A stretch of 64,000 nucleotides of DNA, taken from the sequence record DRR723986_1723; one strand, written 5' to 3'. A program made the position numbers and the translations under genes. Below are positions 11,465 through 20,868 of the stretch, in pieces; position 1 is the first letter of the stretch; each line of letters starts with the position of its first letter. The notes below the pieces were generated by a model that saw nothing but the letters and a program-made list of their open reading frames with translations, was not told the origin of the DNA and ran no database searches.

Positions 11465-12265
11465 CTAGCGCCGGCGGCCGCCTGTTTTGGGGCCATTCTG
11501 TCGCCGTGGACGCGACTTGCCAGCCGCCCCTGCGTTGCCCGACAAACCGCCCACGGCTTGATTGATCTCTGCCATTTCCTCAGCGCTGAGATTGCGCCAC
11601 TGACCGAGCTTCAATGCATCCAGTTTGACGTTCATAATCCGCGTGCGCTTGAGCCGCGTTACTTCATAGCCAAAGTGTTCGCACATTCGCCGAATCTGGC
11701 GATTCATACCCTGCACCAAGATAATTTTGAACACATTGCGACTGAGGATCATGACCTTGCAGGGCTTGGTAACGGTGCCAAGGATAGGCACGCCTTTGGC
11801 CATTCGCTCGGCAAACTGTCCGCTCAACGGCTTATCGACGGTGACGATATATTCCTTTTCGTGGGCATTTTCAGCACGCAGAATTTTATTGACGATGTCG
11901 CCATCGCTGGTCAGAAAAATCAGCCCCTCGGAATCTTTATCCAGACGACCCACGGGAAAAATGCGCTTTTTGTGGCCGACGGCGTCGATAATATTGCCCG
12001 GCACATGGGCTTCGGTGGTACAGGTGATGCCCACCGGCTTGTGGTAGGCGATATACACCCTGTCGGTTTTATCCGGGTTTACCGTGCGAATGCGTTTGCC
12101 TTCCACCATCACGACATCGCCGGGCATCACCTGTGCGCCGAGACCGGGGCGTTTACCATTGATACTGACTTGATTCTGCAAAATCAGCTTGTCGGCTTCG
12201 CGACGCGAGCAATAGCCCGAGTCACTGATAAACTTATTTAAGCGCCGTCCTTCACCATTACTCAC
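11465..12265 (-). CDS. rluF: 23S rRNA pseudouridine synthase F
   Basis: S4 domain RLNKFISDSGYCSRREAD, GRLDKDSEGL, GMNRQIRRM. Confidence 0.9.
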   Translation of the reverse strand: MSNGEGRRLNKFISDSGYCSRREADKLILQNQVSINGKRPGLGAQVMPGDVVMVEGKRIRTVNPDKTDRVYIAYHKPVGITCTTEAHVPGNIIDAVGHKKRIFPVGRLDKDSEGLIFLTSDGDIVNKILRAENAHEKEYIVTVDKPLSGQFAERMAKGVPILGTVTKPCKVMILSRNVFKIILVQGMNRQIRRMCEHFGYEVTRLKRTRIMNVKLDALKLGQWRNLSAEEMAEINQAVGGLSGNAGAAGKSRPRRQNGPKTGGRRR

Positions 12266-12385
12266 GCTGTATCTCTCTTTACTTGCTACTCACGCCCGTT
12301 ACCGATGGTGGTCTCGGGATAACAAGTCTGACACAGAAATCATTGAGATGAACTACAAGCGCGGAGCAAAGCAGGGGCGAGGGAG

Positions 12386-12423
12386 AAAAAAGAGGTGGTC
12401 GCCAGGGCGATAGCGGCCACCTC
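12386..12423 (-). terminator. Intrinsic terminator ending the cluster operon
   Basis: The minus strand reads gaggtggccgct-N8-ggcgaccacctc followed by tttttt. Confidence 0.8.
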
Positions 12424-12440
12424 CCTCCCCGAGGGGATTC

Positions 12441-13220
12441 TTAACGGGCGGTATAGCCACCGTCCATAACCAGTTCCGAGCCGGTCATATAACTTGCCGC
12501 GTCGGAAAGCAAAAATACAATACCCTGGGCAATTTCCTCTGCCCGCGCCATACGTCCCATCGGGATACTGGCCACCACGCGCGTAGCAAAGGCATTGGCG
12601 TCGTCCTCTGACAGCTTGGCCAGCGCGCCGCTTACCAGAGGCGTTTCTACATAACCGGGGTGAAGGGAGTTCACGCGAATACCGTAGTCGCGATCGGCAC
12701 AATACAGCGCCAGTGACTTGGTCAGTGCGCGCACGGCGCCTTTGCTGGCGTTGTACGCTGGCAGCATTGGGTCGCCGACAATACCTTCAATCGACGAGAC
12801 ATTAACGATCGCACCGCCGCGCGATTTCATGGCCTGAATGGCCGCACGACTGCCGAGAAAAACCGCGTCGCTATTGATGGTCTGGGTGCGCCGCCACCCC
12901 TCCAGACTTTCTTCCTCGGGGCCGCAAATTACCGCGATACCCGCGTTGTTCACAACGCCATCCAGCTGACCAAAGCTGGCGACAACCGTTTCCATGCAAT
13001 GCTGCCACTGCCGCTCGTCGCACACGTCCAAGGGAAAGAATTCCGCATCGGCGCCCGCCGCGCGCAGTGCCTCGCACAGCGCTCGGCCAGCGTCCTGATC
13101 GATATCGCTCACCGCCAGCTTCGCACCTGCTGCCGCCAGGGCATGGCACGCCGCCGCGCCAATGCCTTTGGCGGCACCCGTGATCAACACCACTTTGTCT
13201 TTACAATGAATACTCATCAC
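12441..13220 (-). CDS. Short-chain dehydrogenase (3-beta/17-beta-HSD or cyclopentanol dehydrogenase-like)
   Basis: TGAAKGIG, NNAG, YNASK catalytic motif, IRVNSLHPG. Confidence 0.85.
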   Translation of the reverse strand: MMSIHCKDKVVLITGAAKGIGAAACHALAAAGAKLAVSDIDQDAGRALCEALRAAGADAEFFPLDVCDERQWQHCMETVVASFGQLDGVVNNAGIAVICGPEEESLEGWRRTQTINSDAVFLGSRAAIQAMKSRGGAIVNVSSIEGIVGDPMLPAYNASKGAVRALTKSLALYCADRDYGIRVNSLHPGYVETPLVSGALAKLSEDDANAFATRVVASIPMGRMARAEEIAQGIVFLLSDAASYMTGSELVMDGGYTAR

Positions 13221-13226
13221 ACTCTC

Positions 13227-14045
13227 CTACGCTGCGGTGAAACCGCCATCCACAGTCAGCTCAGCGCCACTGATATAGGCGCTGGCATCACTGGCGAGAA
13301 ACAGCGCCGCATTGGCAATATCCTCTGCTGTGCCGAGCCGCCCCATCGGGATCATCTGCTGCTCCAATACCGCACTGGCTTCCTCGCGAGACTGGGTGAG
13401 CCCAACATCCACAAAGTCGTCGTAAACCTGCTCGGCCATGGCGGTATCGATCAAACCGGGGTGCAGCGAATTGACGCGAATGCCGTAGCCAAAGCGGGCG
13501 AACTCAACCGCAGAGTGCTTGCTGATGGAGCGCACCGAGCCCTTGGTTGCACCGTAAATGCTGTGACCAGGGACGCCGATCAAGCCGGCGATAGACGACA
13601 GATTTATCACGCTGCCGCCGCGACCAAAGCAGCCGCTGGGCTGCATCGTTTCAGCCGCATAGCGCAGGCCGAGAAACACCGATTGCACATTGACCTCGTG
13701 GATACGGGTCAGTTGCTCTACCGAGTTGTCTTCCAGGCGGCCGCCAATGTAAATGCCGGCGTTGTTCACCAGAATATCCCAGCGGTTGTGCCACTGTCTC
13801 AACTCTGCCACCAAGGCCTGCCAGTCTTCCTCCAGCACCACATCTTGCTGAATAGCGCGCGCGTCAAAGCCCTGTTCATTCAGCTCCGCTGCCAGGCGCT
13901 GACAGGCGGCCACATCGATATCACTTAGCAGCACCGAGGCGCCCGAGTAAGCCATGCGCTGGGCGCAGGCCTTGCCAATGCCCGCCGCTGCTCCGGTCAC
14001 CACAGCGACTTTGCCCTGCAGCGAAAAAGGATTGTTCTCTTTCAT
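13227..14045 (-). CDS. Short-chain dehydrogenase (hydroxysteroid/cyclic alcohol dehydrogenase-like)
   Basis: TGAAAGIG, NNAG, YGATK, IRVNSLHPG. Confidence 0.85.
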   Translation of the reverse strand: MKENNPFSLQGKVAVVTGAAAGIGKACAQRMAYSGASVLLSDIDVAACQRLAAELNEQGFDARAIQQDVVLEEDWQALVAELRQWHNRWDILVNNAGIYIGGRLEDNSVEQLTRIHEVNVQSVFLGLRYAAETMQPSGCFGRGGSVINLSSIAGLIGVPGHSIYGATKGSVRSISKHSAVEFARFGYGIRVNSLHPGLIDTAMAEQVYDDFVDVGLTQSREEASAVLEQQMIPMGRLGTAEDIANAALFLASDASAYISGAELTVDGGFTAA

Positions 14046-14071
14046 TGTTATTTTCCGTTGAGTATTGATGT

Positions 14072-15067
14072 TCAGCGCGCGGCGATATTCACGACCGCGC
14101 GACCACGAATTTGCCCCTGCAAGATTTGCCCAGCGGCGTCAGGAAGATTGTCGAAATCAATCTCAACTGCCATCGCTTCTAGTTTGTTCAGGTCGACAGA
14201 CTCGGCCAAACGCTGCCATGCGCGCTCACGGAGCGCCATTGGCGCGTGTACCGAGTCCACGCCCAGCAGGGCGACATTGCGCAGTGCAAAGGGCATCATA
14301 TTGCCGGGTAAGTCCAGGCCCTGGGCCAGGCCGCACGCGGCCACGGCGCCGTTGTAGTGAAGTTGGGCAATAACATTGGCCAGGGTATGGCTGCCACAGG
14401 AATCCACCGCCGCTGCCCAGCGGGGCGCCTGCATCATCTCACCGGCTTCTGACAACTCGCGGCGATCAATCACGGAGTTTGCACCCAGGCTCTTTAAATA
14501 GTCGCTTTCTTCAAGGCGACCCGTCGACGCTGCCACGGTATAGCCCAGGCCCGCCAACAACATAATGGACACGCTGCCCACTCCCCCCGACGCGCCGGTT
14601 ACCAGCACTTCGCCCGACTCAGGGCCAATACCGAGCTGCTCCAGTCGCAGCAGAGACAACATCGCGGTGTAGCCCGCGGTACCCAGCAGCATGGCGTGGC
14701 GGGTAGTGAAAGCCTCAGGCACCTTCAACAGGTAGTCGCTCGAAATACGCAGGCGCTGGGTATAGCCGCCATTGTGCGTTTCTGAGGCGCCATAGCCATT
14801 CATCAGCACCTTGTCACCGACCTGAAAGCGGCTGCTCTCAGACTTAACCACAGTGCCTGCCATATCAATGCCGAGAATCAGCGAAGGCTTTTGAACAATG
14901 GGAATGGCGTCGCTCATCGCCAGGCCATCTTTGTAGTTAACGGTAGAGTATTCCACCGCTACCTCCACATCACCGTCGCCAAGTTGTTCGCTGCTGAGCT
15001 GCTGAAATTCAACGCGGTAGCCACTGTCGTCGCGTACGCCAAGCAAGGCTTTGTATGTCTCTGTCAT
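14072..15067 (-). CDS. YhdH/AcuI-family MDR enoyl-CoA (acryloyl-CoA) reductase
   Basis: YSTVNYKDG, GTAGYTA, VTGASGGVGS, ACGLAQG, LLGVDSV. Confidence 0.85.
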   Translation of the reverse strand: MTETYKALLGVRDDSGYRVEFQQLSSEQLGDGDVEVAVEYSTVNYKDGLAMSDAIPIVQKPSLILGIDMAGTVVKSESSRFQVGDKVLMNGYGASETHNGGYTQRLRISSDYLLKVPEAFTTRHAMLLGTAGYTAMLSLLRLEQLGIGPESGEVLVTGASGGVGSVSIMLLAGLGYTVAASTGRLEESDYLKSLGANSVIDRRELSEAGEMMQAPRWAAAVDSCGSHTLANVIAQLHYNGAVAACGLAQGLDLPGNMMPFALRNVALLGVDSVHAPMALRERAWQRLAESVDLNKLEAMAVEIDFDNLPDAAGQILQGQIRGRAVVNIAAR

Positions 15068-15084
15068 GGTGAGTCCTTTTGTTG

Positions 15085-16461
15085 TTAGTTACCCAAGCGG
15101 CGCAGGGCGCCGTTGGTTAAATAGCGGTTATAAATATCGTGATCGTTCACGCGCATCCGGTGGCCGCCAGAGATTTCTGCCAGCTGCTCTATGCGGGTCA
15201 TTTTTCCGGTCTGCACATCGAAAGCGTGAACATGGCACCACGACCAATAGGGGTGCTTACCGTCCATTACCCGGCGATCGCCGTCTTCGTATAGCCCATA
15301 GGCACCATCGAAGGAACGGAACAGATCGCCGCGCCGGTCAAAGGTGACCATGCCCAGCGGCAACTGGGTGCGCGCATCAAACCACACCCGTTTAACGCCG
15401 ACGGGGGCGCGCGGGAAGCCCGTGGGCTTGGCATCAACGGCAATGGCTTCGGGCACTAATTCCACGTCGGTATCCCAGAAGGTTTCTCCCTGTGGGCCGC
15501 CATGGGTGTTGTGCGACCAATCCTCACTTTGCGAGGCCCAGCCACCGCTGACGGCGGCCAGCATGGGGCCGCGCCACACCACTTTGTAGTCGCCCCAGGT
15601 GTGCAGGGGGTCACCCGCCGCCCAGGCGTCGGACAGGTATAGCGATGAACCCGGCACCAATGGTTCAAAGCGCTGGTCGGTGGGGAAGCGGCGAATGCGT
15701 TTAAAATCGGGAATGTAGCCGTATAACTCGGGAAATTTGTTTTGGTCGTAGTGCCAAATGTTCAAGAAGGACGTGCCGCGTACGCTGTCTGGCGCCGTGA
15801 AAAAGACACTCTGATAGCGCAGCTTGTCTTCGTGGCCCTTCCAGTAAACGCCGGGCAGTACCAAACGCCCTGTCGGCGCATATTCAGCCCAGCCATTTTC
15901 GTAGCCGTAGCTGACTTTGCCGTCGCGGTTGAGGTCGTATTCGCGGATCGCATAGAACGAAGCATCATGTCGCCCCCAGCTTAACGTTAGGCCCGCAAAA
16001 AGCTCCACACCGGTCTTGGCATCAGGAAAGGGCAAGCCACCAATCCAGGGTTTGCCGTCGGCCGTCACAACATTGCCATTGTCGTCAAAGCGCGCTTGGC
16101 CGCGGTGGCGAAAGCTCGCTTCCATATATTCCCATGGGCTCAGCTTCATCACATCGCGAGTGGTCTCACGCAACCTCAAACGACGCCCCATGTCTTTGAC
16201 TTGCATGTACTTCACCGGCTCGAGAAGATCTTTTACCAGCTCGACATTCCCGGCGTCGATGACATCGCCGACCTTGAGCTTGCCGCCGGTATATTGCTCT
16301 ATCGACAGCAACTCCTCTGGATAAGCCGCCGCATAATCGCCGTGTTTTTCCATTGCCGCCCAAGCCGGCATCAGCAGGCCCGCCCCGACAAAACCCGAGC
16401 CTACACGCAAAAACTCACGCCGGGAAAACTGCCGGTCAAACCGCCTGATATGAAAACTCAT
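15085..16461 (-). CDS. DUF1329-family periplasmic protein (paralog B) with Tat signal
   Basis: Start reassigned to ATG 16461 after GAGGA SD. FSRREFL twin-arginine motif and GLPFP motif; colinear with 19430..20809. Confidence 0.8.
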   Translation of the reverse strand: MSFHIRRFDRQFSRREFLRVGSGFVGAGLLMPAWAAMEKHGDYAAAYPEELLSIEQYTGGKLKVGDVIDAGNVELVKDLLEPVKYMQVKDMGRRLRLRETTRDVMKLSPWEYMEASFRHRGQARFDDNGNVVTADGKPWIGGLPFPDAKTGVELFAGLTLSWGRHDASFYAIREYDLNRDGKVSYGYENGWAEYAPTGRLVLPGVYWKGHEDKLRYQSVFFTAPDSVRGTSFLNIWHYDQNKFPELYGYIPDFKRIRRFPTDQRFEPLVPGSSLYLSDAWAAGDPLHTWGDYKVVWRGPMLAAVSGGWASQSEDWSHNTHGGPQGETFWDTDVELVPEAIAVDAKPTGFPRAPVGVKRVWFDARTQLPLGMVTFDRRGDLFRSFDGAYGLYEDGDRRVMDGKHPYWSWCHVHAFDVQTGKMTRIEQLAEISGGHRMRVNDHDIYNRYLTNGALRRLGN

Positions 16462-16477
16462 ACAACATCCTCGCGGT

Positions 16478-16504
16478 AAAAAAGCCGGCGACAAAGTCGC
16501 CGGC
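16478..16504 (-). terminator. Intrinsic terminator-like hairpin inside the operon
   Basis: The minus strand reads gccggcgac-ttt-gtcgccggc followed by tttttt. Confidence 0.7.
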
Positions 16505-16542
16505 AAGGTCCCATTACTTCCTGAGGGTGGGGGTAGGGTTCG

Positions 16543-18459
16543 CTAGAATTGGTAGGCTACGCGCAGACCAAATTCATCGGCCCAGTCCACGGTTTGCATG
16601 ATATTTTCGTTCTCGTTGGCGCCATCAACGTAGCCGTCCATGTGGTTGTAGAACATTTCTATGTTCCAGTTACCGGAGGGCTTCCATTTCAGAGCCGGCT
16701 GCACAAACAAGCCGCCGCGCGTGTCATACAACACCGACAAATCTGCTCGCCATACCAAACCAGGGAAGGGCTGCTGAAGGGCTAATACCAAACCATTCCA
16801 GCCACCATCCACACCTTTAGGCGTGTTGTTTACCGTGCCGCCCATACCACTTAAGTGGCGGCCAAACAGATCGCTCTCGCTGCGGTGCATCCACTGGAAA
16901 ACCATGTAGGTAGCAGGGAAACTGCGGCTGAAGCGCTGATATTTTTCTAATACCAGGGCAGTCACGTATTCATCTTCAACAATGTATTCCTGCCCCAGGT
17001 CGATAGGGGTAAAGGTTTTGTCCGGCGTGAAGGAAACCTCGAAGTTCAGAATCAACTGATCCGTCCAACTACCGGGCTCGCCACTGAATACATAGCTGAC
17101 ACCAGTGCCGAAAACATCTTCGCGGTGGTATGTGCGCTCAATGTGACCACGCAGACCGCCGCCGCCCTGACCAGACAGTGGGTTATTCAGGAAACCACCC
17201 GTCAGGATAAAGAACAGATCGAGCTCTTCTTTTGCCGCATCGATGCCCTGAACAGGCCGCGCCAGCAGCAATTGCGATGCGGGGAAGTCGGTAACAATTT
17301 TGTTCAGACCTTCGGTGCCGTCAAGGCGCGCCATACCCGCATAGGTAAACCACTCCTCAGCACTCCATACCCCGGTGGGGTCAATTTCAAGCGGGGTCTC
17401 CGCAAGGATGGCGCCCGAAAATGGGATGCCCGGTGCATCGCGGTTCACACCCGATTTGGTCCAGCGCACAACACCGTCAGGGTTGTAGCGGTTGGTATAC
17501 ATAAACTGCAGACCAAAGTCGCCAATAAAGCCTTTCAAGCGGAAACCGCTATTCACTTCTTCGTCAACACTGCTGTAGCGATCGTGCACGGTAAACTGCG
17601 AAGGAATCACGTTGTAGGGTGTGTTCGGGTTGCCGTAAATGGTCGGCTGGAAGCTCTGCGCAAACATGTCCAGTTCCCAGTTGGAATTCAGCTGGTAGGA
17701 CACGCGGATGGCCGGTGAGGCGATACGCTCATCGGCGTACTCCTCGGAAGCGAAATCGAAGATTGAGTGACGGCGCAAGTCCAAGCCGTTGGCCACGTCG
17801 AATACCCGGAAGAACAAGGCCTGTCCCCAGGCAATTTGCTGGTTACCGGCGCGCACCAATAACGGCCCGTTCTGATAGTCCAGGTACAGCGACGGAAAGT
17901 CGACCATGTAGTTGTCGCCAGCGATCTCCAGAGGATTCTGTTCACCGCCGTTTTCAAAGTCGTCGTACTCGAAATAATTGGGCTCGCCATAGAGGTAACC
18001 CGCGGCGTTGCTGTTCACCGAATCCGGATCAAATTCATCGTATTCGGCTGCGTCAAAAATGCCGCGCAGCTTTGCCGTCGCTGACCAGTTGTCACTAAAC
18101 TTCAGCTGCAAGGTGCTCTCTAAACGCACCTGGCTGTGATTAAAATCGTTGTCGGCCGGAACACCGTTGCGCGTCGCGGTATCCGAGATCGGCGCACTGA
18201 TAGGAATGGGTAAATTCAGGCCGAGCAACGTACCCACGTTGAGGCCACCGTTACGCTCAACCTCCTTGCCATTAAAGAGGTTACCGCGCTGGTTGTAGGG
18301 GTTTTCGTCACTTACCGTTTTGGCAGCCAGCTCTACACGAATCAAACCACTAAGGCTGTAGTCGACACCCAGCAGCTCACCACTGGCCGACCACGATGGA
18401 CTAGACAGTGCCATCGCCGTTGTGGCGAGAGCCCAATTAAGCCGATTATTATTTTTCAT
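16543..18459 (-). CDS. DUF1302-family outer membrane beta-barrel protein
   Basis: Signal peptide, RAGNQQIAWGQALF motif, C-terminal VAYQF barrel signature; DUF1329/RND context. Confidence 0.8.
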   Translation of the reverse strand: MKNNNRLNWALATTAMALSSPSWSASGELLGVDYSLSGLIRVELAAKTVSDENPYNQRGNLFNGKEVERNGGLNVGTLLGLNLPIPISAPISDTATRNGVPADNDFNHSQVRLESTLQLKFSDNWSATAKLRGIFDAAEYDEFDPDSVNSNAAGYLYGEPNYFEYDDFENGGEQNPLEIAGDNYMVDFPSLYLDYQNGPLLVRAGNQQIAWGQALFFRVFDVANGLDLRRHSIFDFASEEYADERIASPAIRVSYQLNSNWELDMFAQSFQPTIYGNPNTPYNVIPSQFTVHDRYSSVDEEVNSGFRLKGFIGDFGLQFMYTNRYNPDGVVRWTKSGVNRDAPGIPFSGAILAETPLEIDPTGVWSAEEWFTYAGMARLDGTEGLNKIVTDFPASQLLLARPVQGIDAAKEELDLFFILTGGFLNNPLSGQGGGGLRGHIERTYHREDVFGTGVSYVFSGEPGSWTDQLILNFEVSFTPDKTFTPIDLGQEYIVEDEYVTALVLEKYQRFSRSFPATYMVFQWMHRSESDLFGRHLSGMGGTVNNTPKGVDGGWNGLVLALQQPFPGLVWRADLSVLYDTRGGLFVQPALKWKPSGNWNIEMFYNHMDGYVDGANENENIMQTVDWADEFGLRVAYQF

Positions 18460-18480
18460 CTCGCTTCTCCGAGGCTATTT

Positions 18481-19428
18481 TTAAAGAGAAATTTTGATCA
18501 CTTTGGCTTGTTCACCGACGGCATAAAAAGCGTTACCGAGTACCGCAATATCGCTGTACCAGCTTTCTAAAAATGCGTCGTGATTCAGTACCCGCGCCTG
18601 ACTGCTGGTCGGCGAAATACTCAAGGCCTGACGAATTCCCGTCGCGACCGCCTTGCCATCCGCGCGGATGGCAACATCCATCAAGATGGCGTCGCTATTA
18701 CTGGTTATGGCTTTCCAGCTGTCGCCACCATCCTTGCTGCGCAATACCGTTCCGCTCTGACCAACCGCATAGGCCAAACCGGTATCGCTGAGGGCGAGGC
18801 CAAACAGCGACGCTTCACCGCTGTGCAGCGACTGCCAGCTTTTCCCGGCGTCATCAGAGCGGGCGATCATGCCAAACTCACCGACAATGTAGATGCGACC
18901 GCGCGCATCAATTGCCGCGTTATACACATGTGGCTGATAGTTCTGTCCGATCAGTGCCGGCCAATCGATCTGCGACTGCTGCCAGCTGCGACCACCGTCT
19001 TGTGAACACAGCACCGCACCAAAAGCACCCGTGGCAACCGCCAGACCAAAGTCTCCCTGCGCAACGGCAAACAAGCGCTCTTTCACAGGTGCCTCGACAG
19101 CCTTCCAGCCGTCGCCGGCATTGTGAAAAATGCCGCCCTGCTGGCCCACAGCCAACAAGTTGCCCTGGCGCTCCGACACCGCCAGTAGCGCGCGACTATC
19201 ACCAACATTGCTGTTGCTCTGCCACTGGCTACCGTCGCGGCTCTGCCACAAGCGGCCATTGCTACCCACGGCAAGCAAGCCGTCACTGCTGGTATTCACG
19301 CCGAAGAGCACATCGTGGGGATGACCTCGGTGTACCTGTTCACTGCTGGCTGCGGCGGCGGGCATCGCCCCCGCCGTCAGCAGCAGCGCACAAACCCCCG
19401 CGGCAACGCGGTTCTTAACGCTAGCCAT
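18481..19428 (-). CDS. YCF48/BNR (Asp-box) beta-propeller protein
   Basis: Start reassigned to ATG 19428. Signal peptide and repeated SxDGGxSW / SDDAGKSW Asp-boxes. Confidence 0.85.
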   Translation of the reverse strand: MASVKNRVAAGVCALLLTAGAMPAAAASSEQVHRGHPHDVLFGVNTSSDGLLAVGSNGRLWQSRDGSQWQSNSNVGDSRALLAVSERQGNLLAVGQQGGIFHNAGDGWKAVEAPVKERLFAVAQGDFGLAVATGAFGAVLCSQDGGRSWQQSQIDWPALIGQNYQPHVYNAAIDARGRIYIVGEFGMIARSDDAGKSWQSLHSGEASLFGLALSDTGLAYAVGQSGTVLRSKDGGDSWKAITSNSDAILMDVAIRADGKAVATGIRQALSISPTSSQARVLNHDAFLESWYSDIAVLGNAFYAVGEQAKVIKISL

Positions 19429-19429
19429 A

Positions 19430-20809
19430 TCAGCCTCCCAGGCGCTGCATCGCTTGCACGGTGAGGTACTTGTTGTACACGTCGACATCGCCGGGATTGA
19501 AGTTGGTCTTGTAACCGCCCGTTACGCCCTTGGCCTGTACAAAACGGCTCATGCGGTTGGACTGCACGTCGTGGCTGTGAACACTGGACCAGGACCACGC
19601 GGGATGGGCGCCGTCCATATTGGTCATCTTGTCGTTCGACTGCTGCGCGTAATGCGGCTCGAAGGACTTCCAGATCTCACCGCGACGGTCGTAGGTCACG
19701 TAGGCGACATACATTTGGTTGCGTACATCGATCCATACACGGCGCTTACCCACGGGCGCACGTGCATAGCCGGTTGGCTCCGACTCCAGCACGATGCACT
19801 CAGGCACCAGTTCCATGTAGGTGTCGAAGAAGGTCTGGTCTTTAGGGCCACCGTGCACGGGTTTTTCCCAGTTGTCGTGATAGCCGCCGTGGAAATTGCG
19901 CGGACCGATGCAACCCAGCATTGGCTGGCGGCCGACAATTTTGTAGTTGCCCCAGGTTTGCAGCGGGTCACCCGCCGCCCAGGCATCTGACAGGAACAAA
20001 GTGATACCCGGTACCAGCGGTTCAAAACGCTGGTTAGTGGGGAACTGTCTTACCCGACGGAAAGCGGGGATATAACCGTGCAGTTCGGGGAATTTACGTT
20101 GATCGTAATGCCAAATATTCAGGAACGAGGTACCGGCACTGTCGTTAGGCGCGGTGAAGAATACCGACTGGTAGCGCAGCAAGTCTTCTTTGCCCTTCCA
20201 AACCTGACCGTCGGAACGTGACGTGGTATTCAGCTCACTCCATACAAAGTCGTACTGGTAAGACAGACTGCCGTTATTGTCTATATCCCAGTCGCGAACC
20301 GCGTACTGCGACCAGTCGTGACGACCCCAGCTCATCGTTAGGTTGTACTGCGCCTCTACACCATTTTTGGGTTCGGGGAAGGGGTTACCGCCAACCCAGG
20401 GCTTGCCGTCTTTTGTCCACACATTGCCGTCACTGTCGAGCACAGCCTTACCCTTATTGCGCAGGGTGGCCTCGAGGTACTCAGCGGGGTAGAGCTGCGT
20501 AATATCTTTCACCGGTTCAACAATGTGAATACGGCGACCCATGGTTTTTACTTGCATATACGCAACGGGGTCGAGCAAGTGCTTCACATGTTCAACGTTA
20601 TCGGCGGTAATCACATCGCCCGGTTTGATCTTGCCCTTGGTTTGCATCTCGATAGACAACAGTTCATCGGGATAGGCCTTACTCATGTCAGCGCCGTTGG
20701 CGATCAGTGGCCACAGCGGCGCAATCACGCCCGCTGCACCAATACCTTTAACGGTTTTTTCCAGGAAACTGCGACGGCTAAAGTCTGTATCGTATTTTTT
20801 AATATGCAT
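19430..20809 (-). CDS. DUF1329-family periplasmic protein (paralog A) with Tat signal
   Basis: FSRRSFL twin-arginine motif, GNPFPEPKNGVE motif, GGAGG SD. Confidence 0.82.
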   Translation of the reverse strand: MHIKKYDTDFSRRSFLEKTVKGIGAAGVIAPLWPLIANGADMSKAYPDELLSIEMQTKGKIKPGDVITADNVEHVKHLLDPVAYMQVKTMGRRIHIVEPVKDITQLYPAEYLEATLRNKGKAVLDSDGNVWTKDGKPWVGGNPFPEPKNGVEAQYNLTMSWGRHDWSQYAVRDWDIDNNGSLSYQYDFVWSELNTTSRSDGQVWKGKEDLLRYQSVFFTAPNDSAGTSFLNIWHYDQRKFPELHGYIPAFRRVRQFPTNQRFEPLVPGITLFLSDAWAAGDPLQTWGNYKIVGRQPMLGCIGPRNFHGGYHDNWEKPVHGGPKDQTFFDTYMELVPECIVLESEPTGYARAPVGKRRVWIDVRNQMYVAYVTYDRRGEIWKSFEPHYAQQSNDKMTNMDGAHPAWSWSSVHSHDVQSNRMSRFVQAKGVTGGYKTNFNPGDVDVYNKYLTVQAMQRLGG

Positions 20810-20868
20810 CGTTTACCTCCGGGTGGAACCCTTGATTATCTTTTTATTGATTGTCGGTCAGCTCAGGC

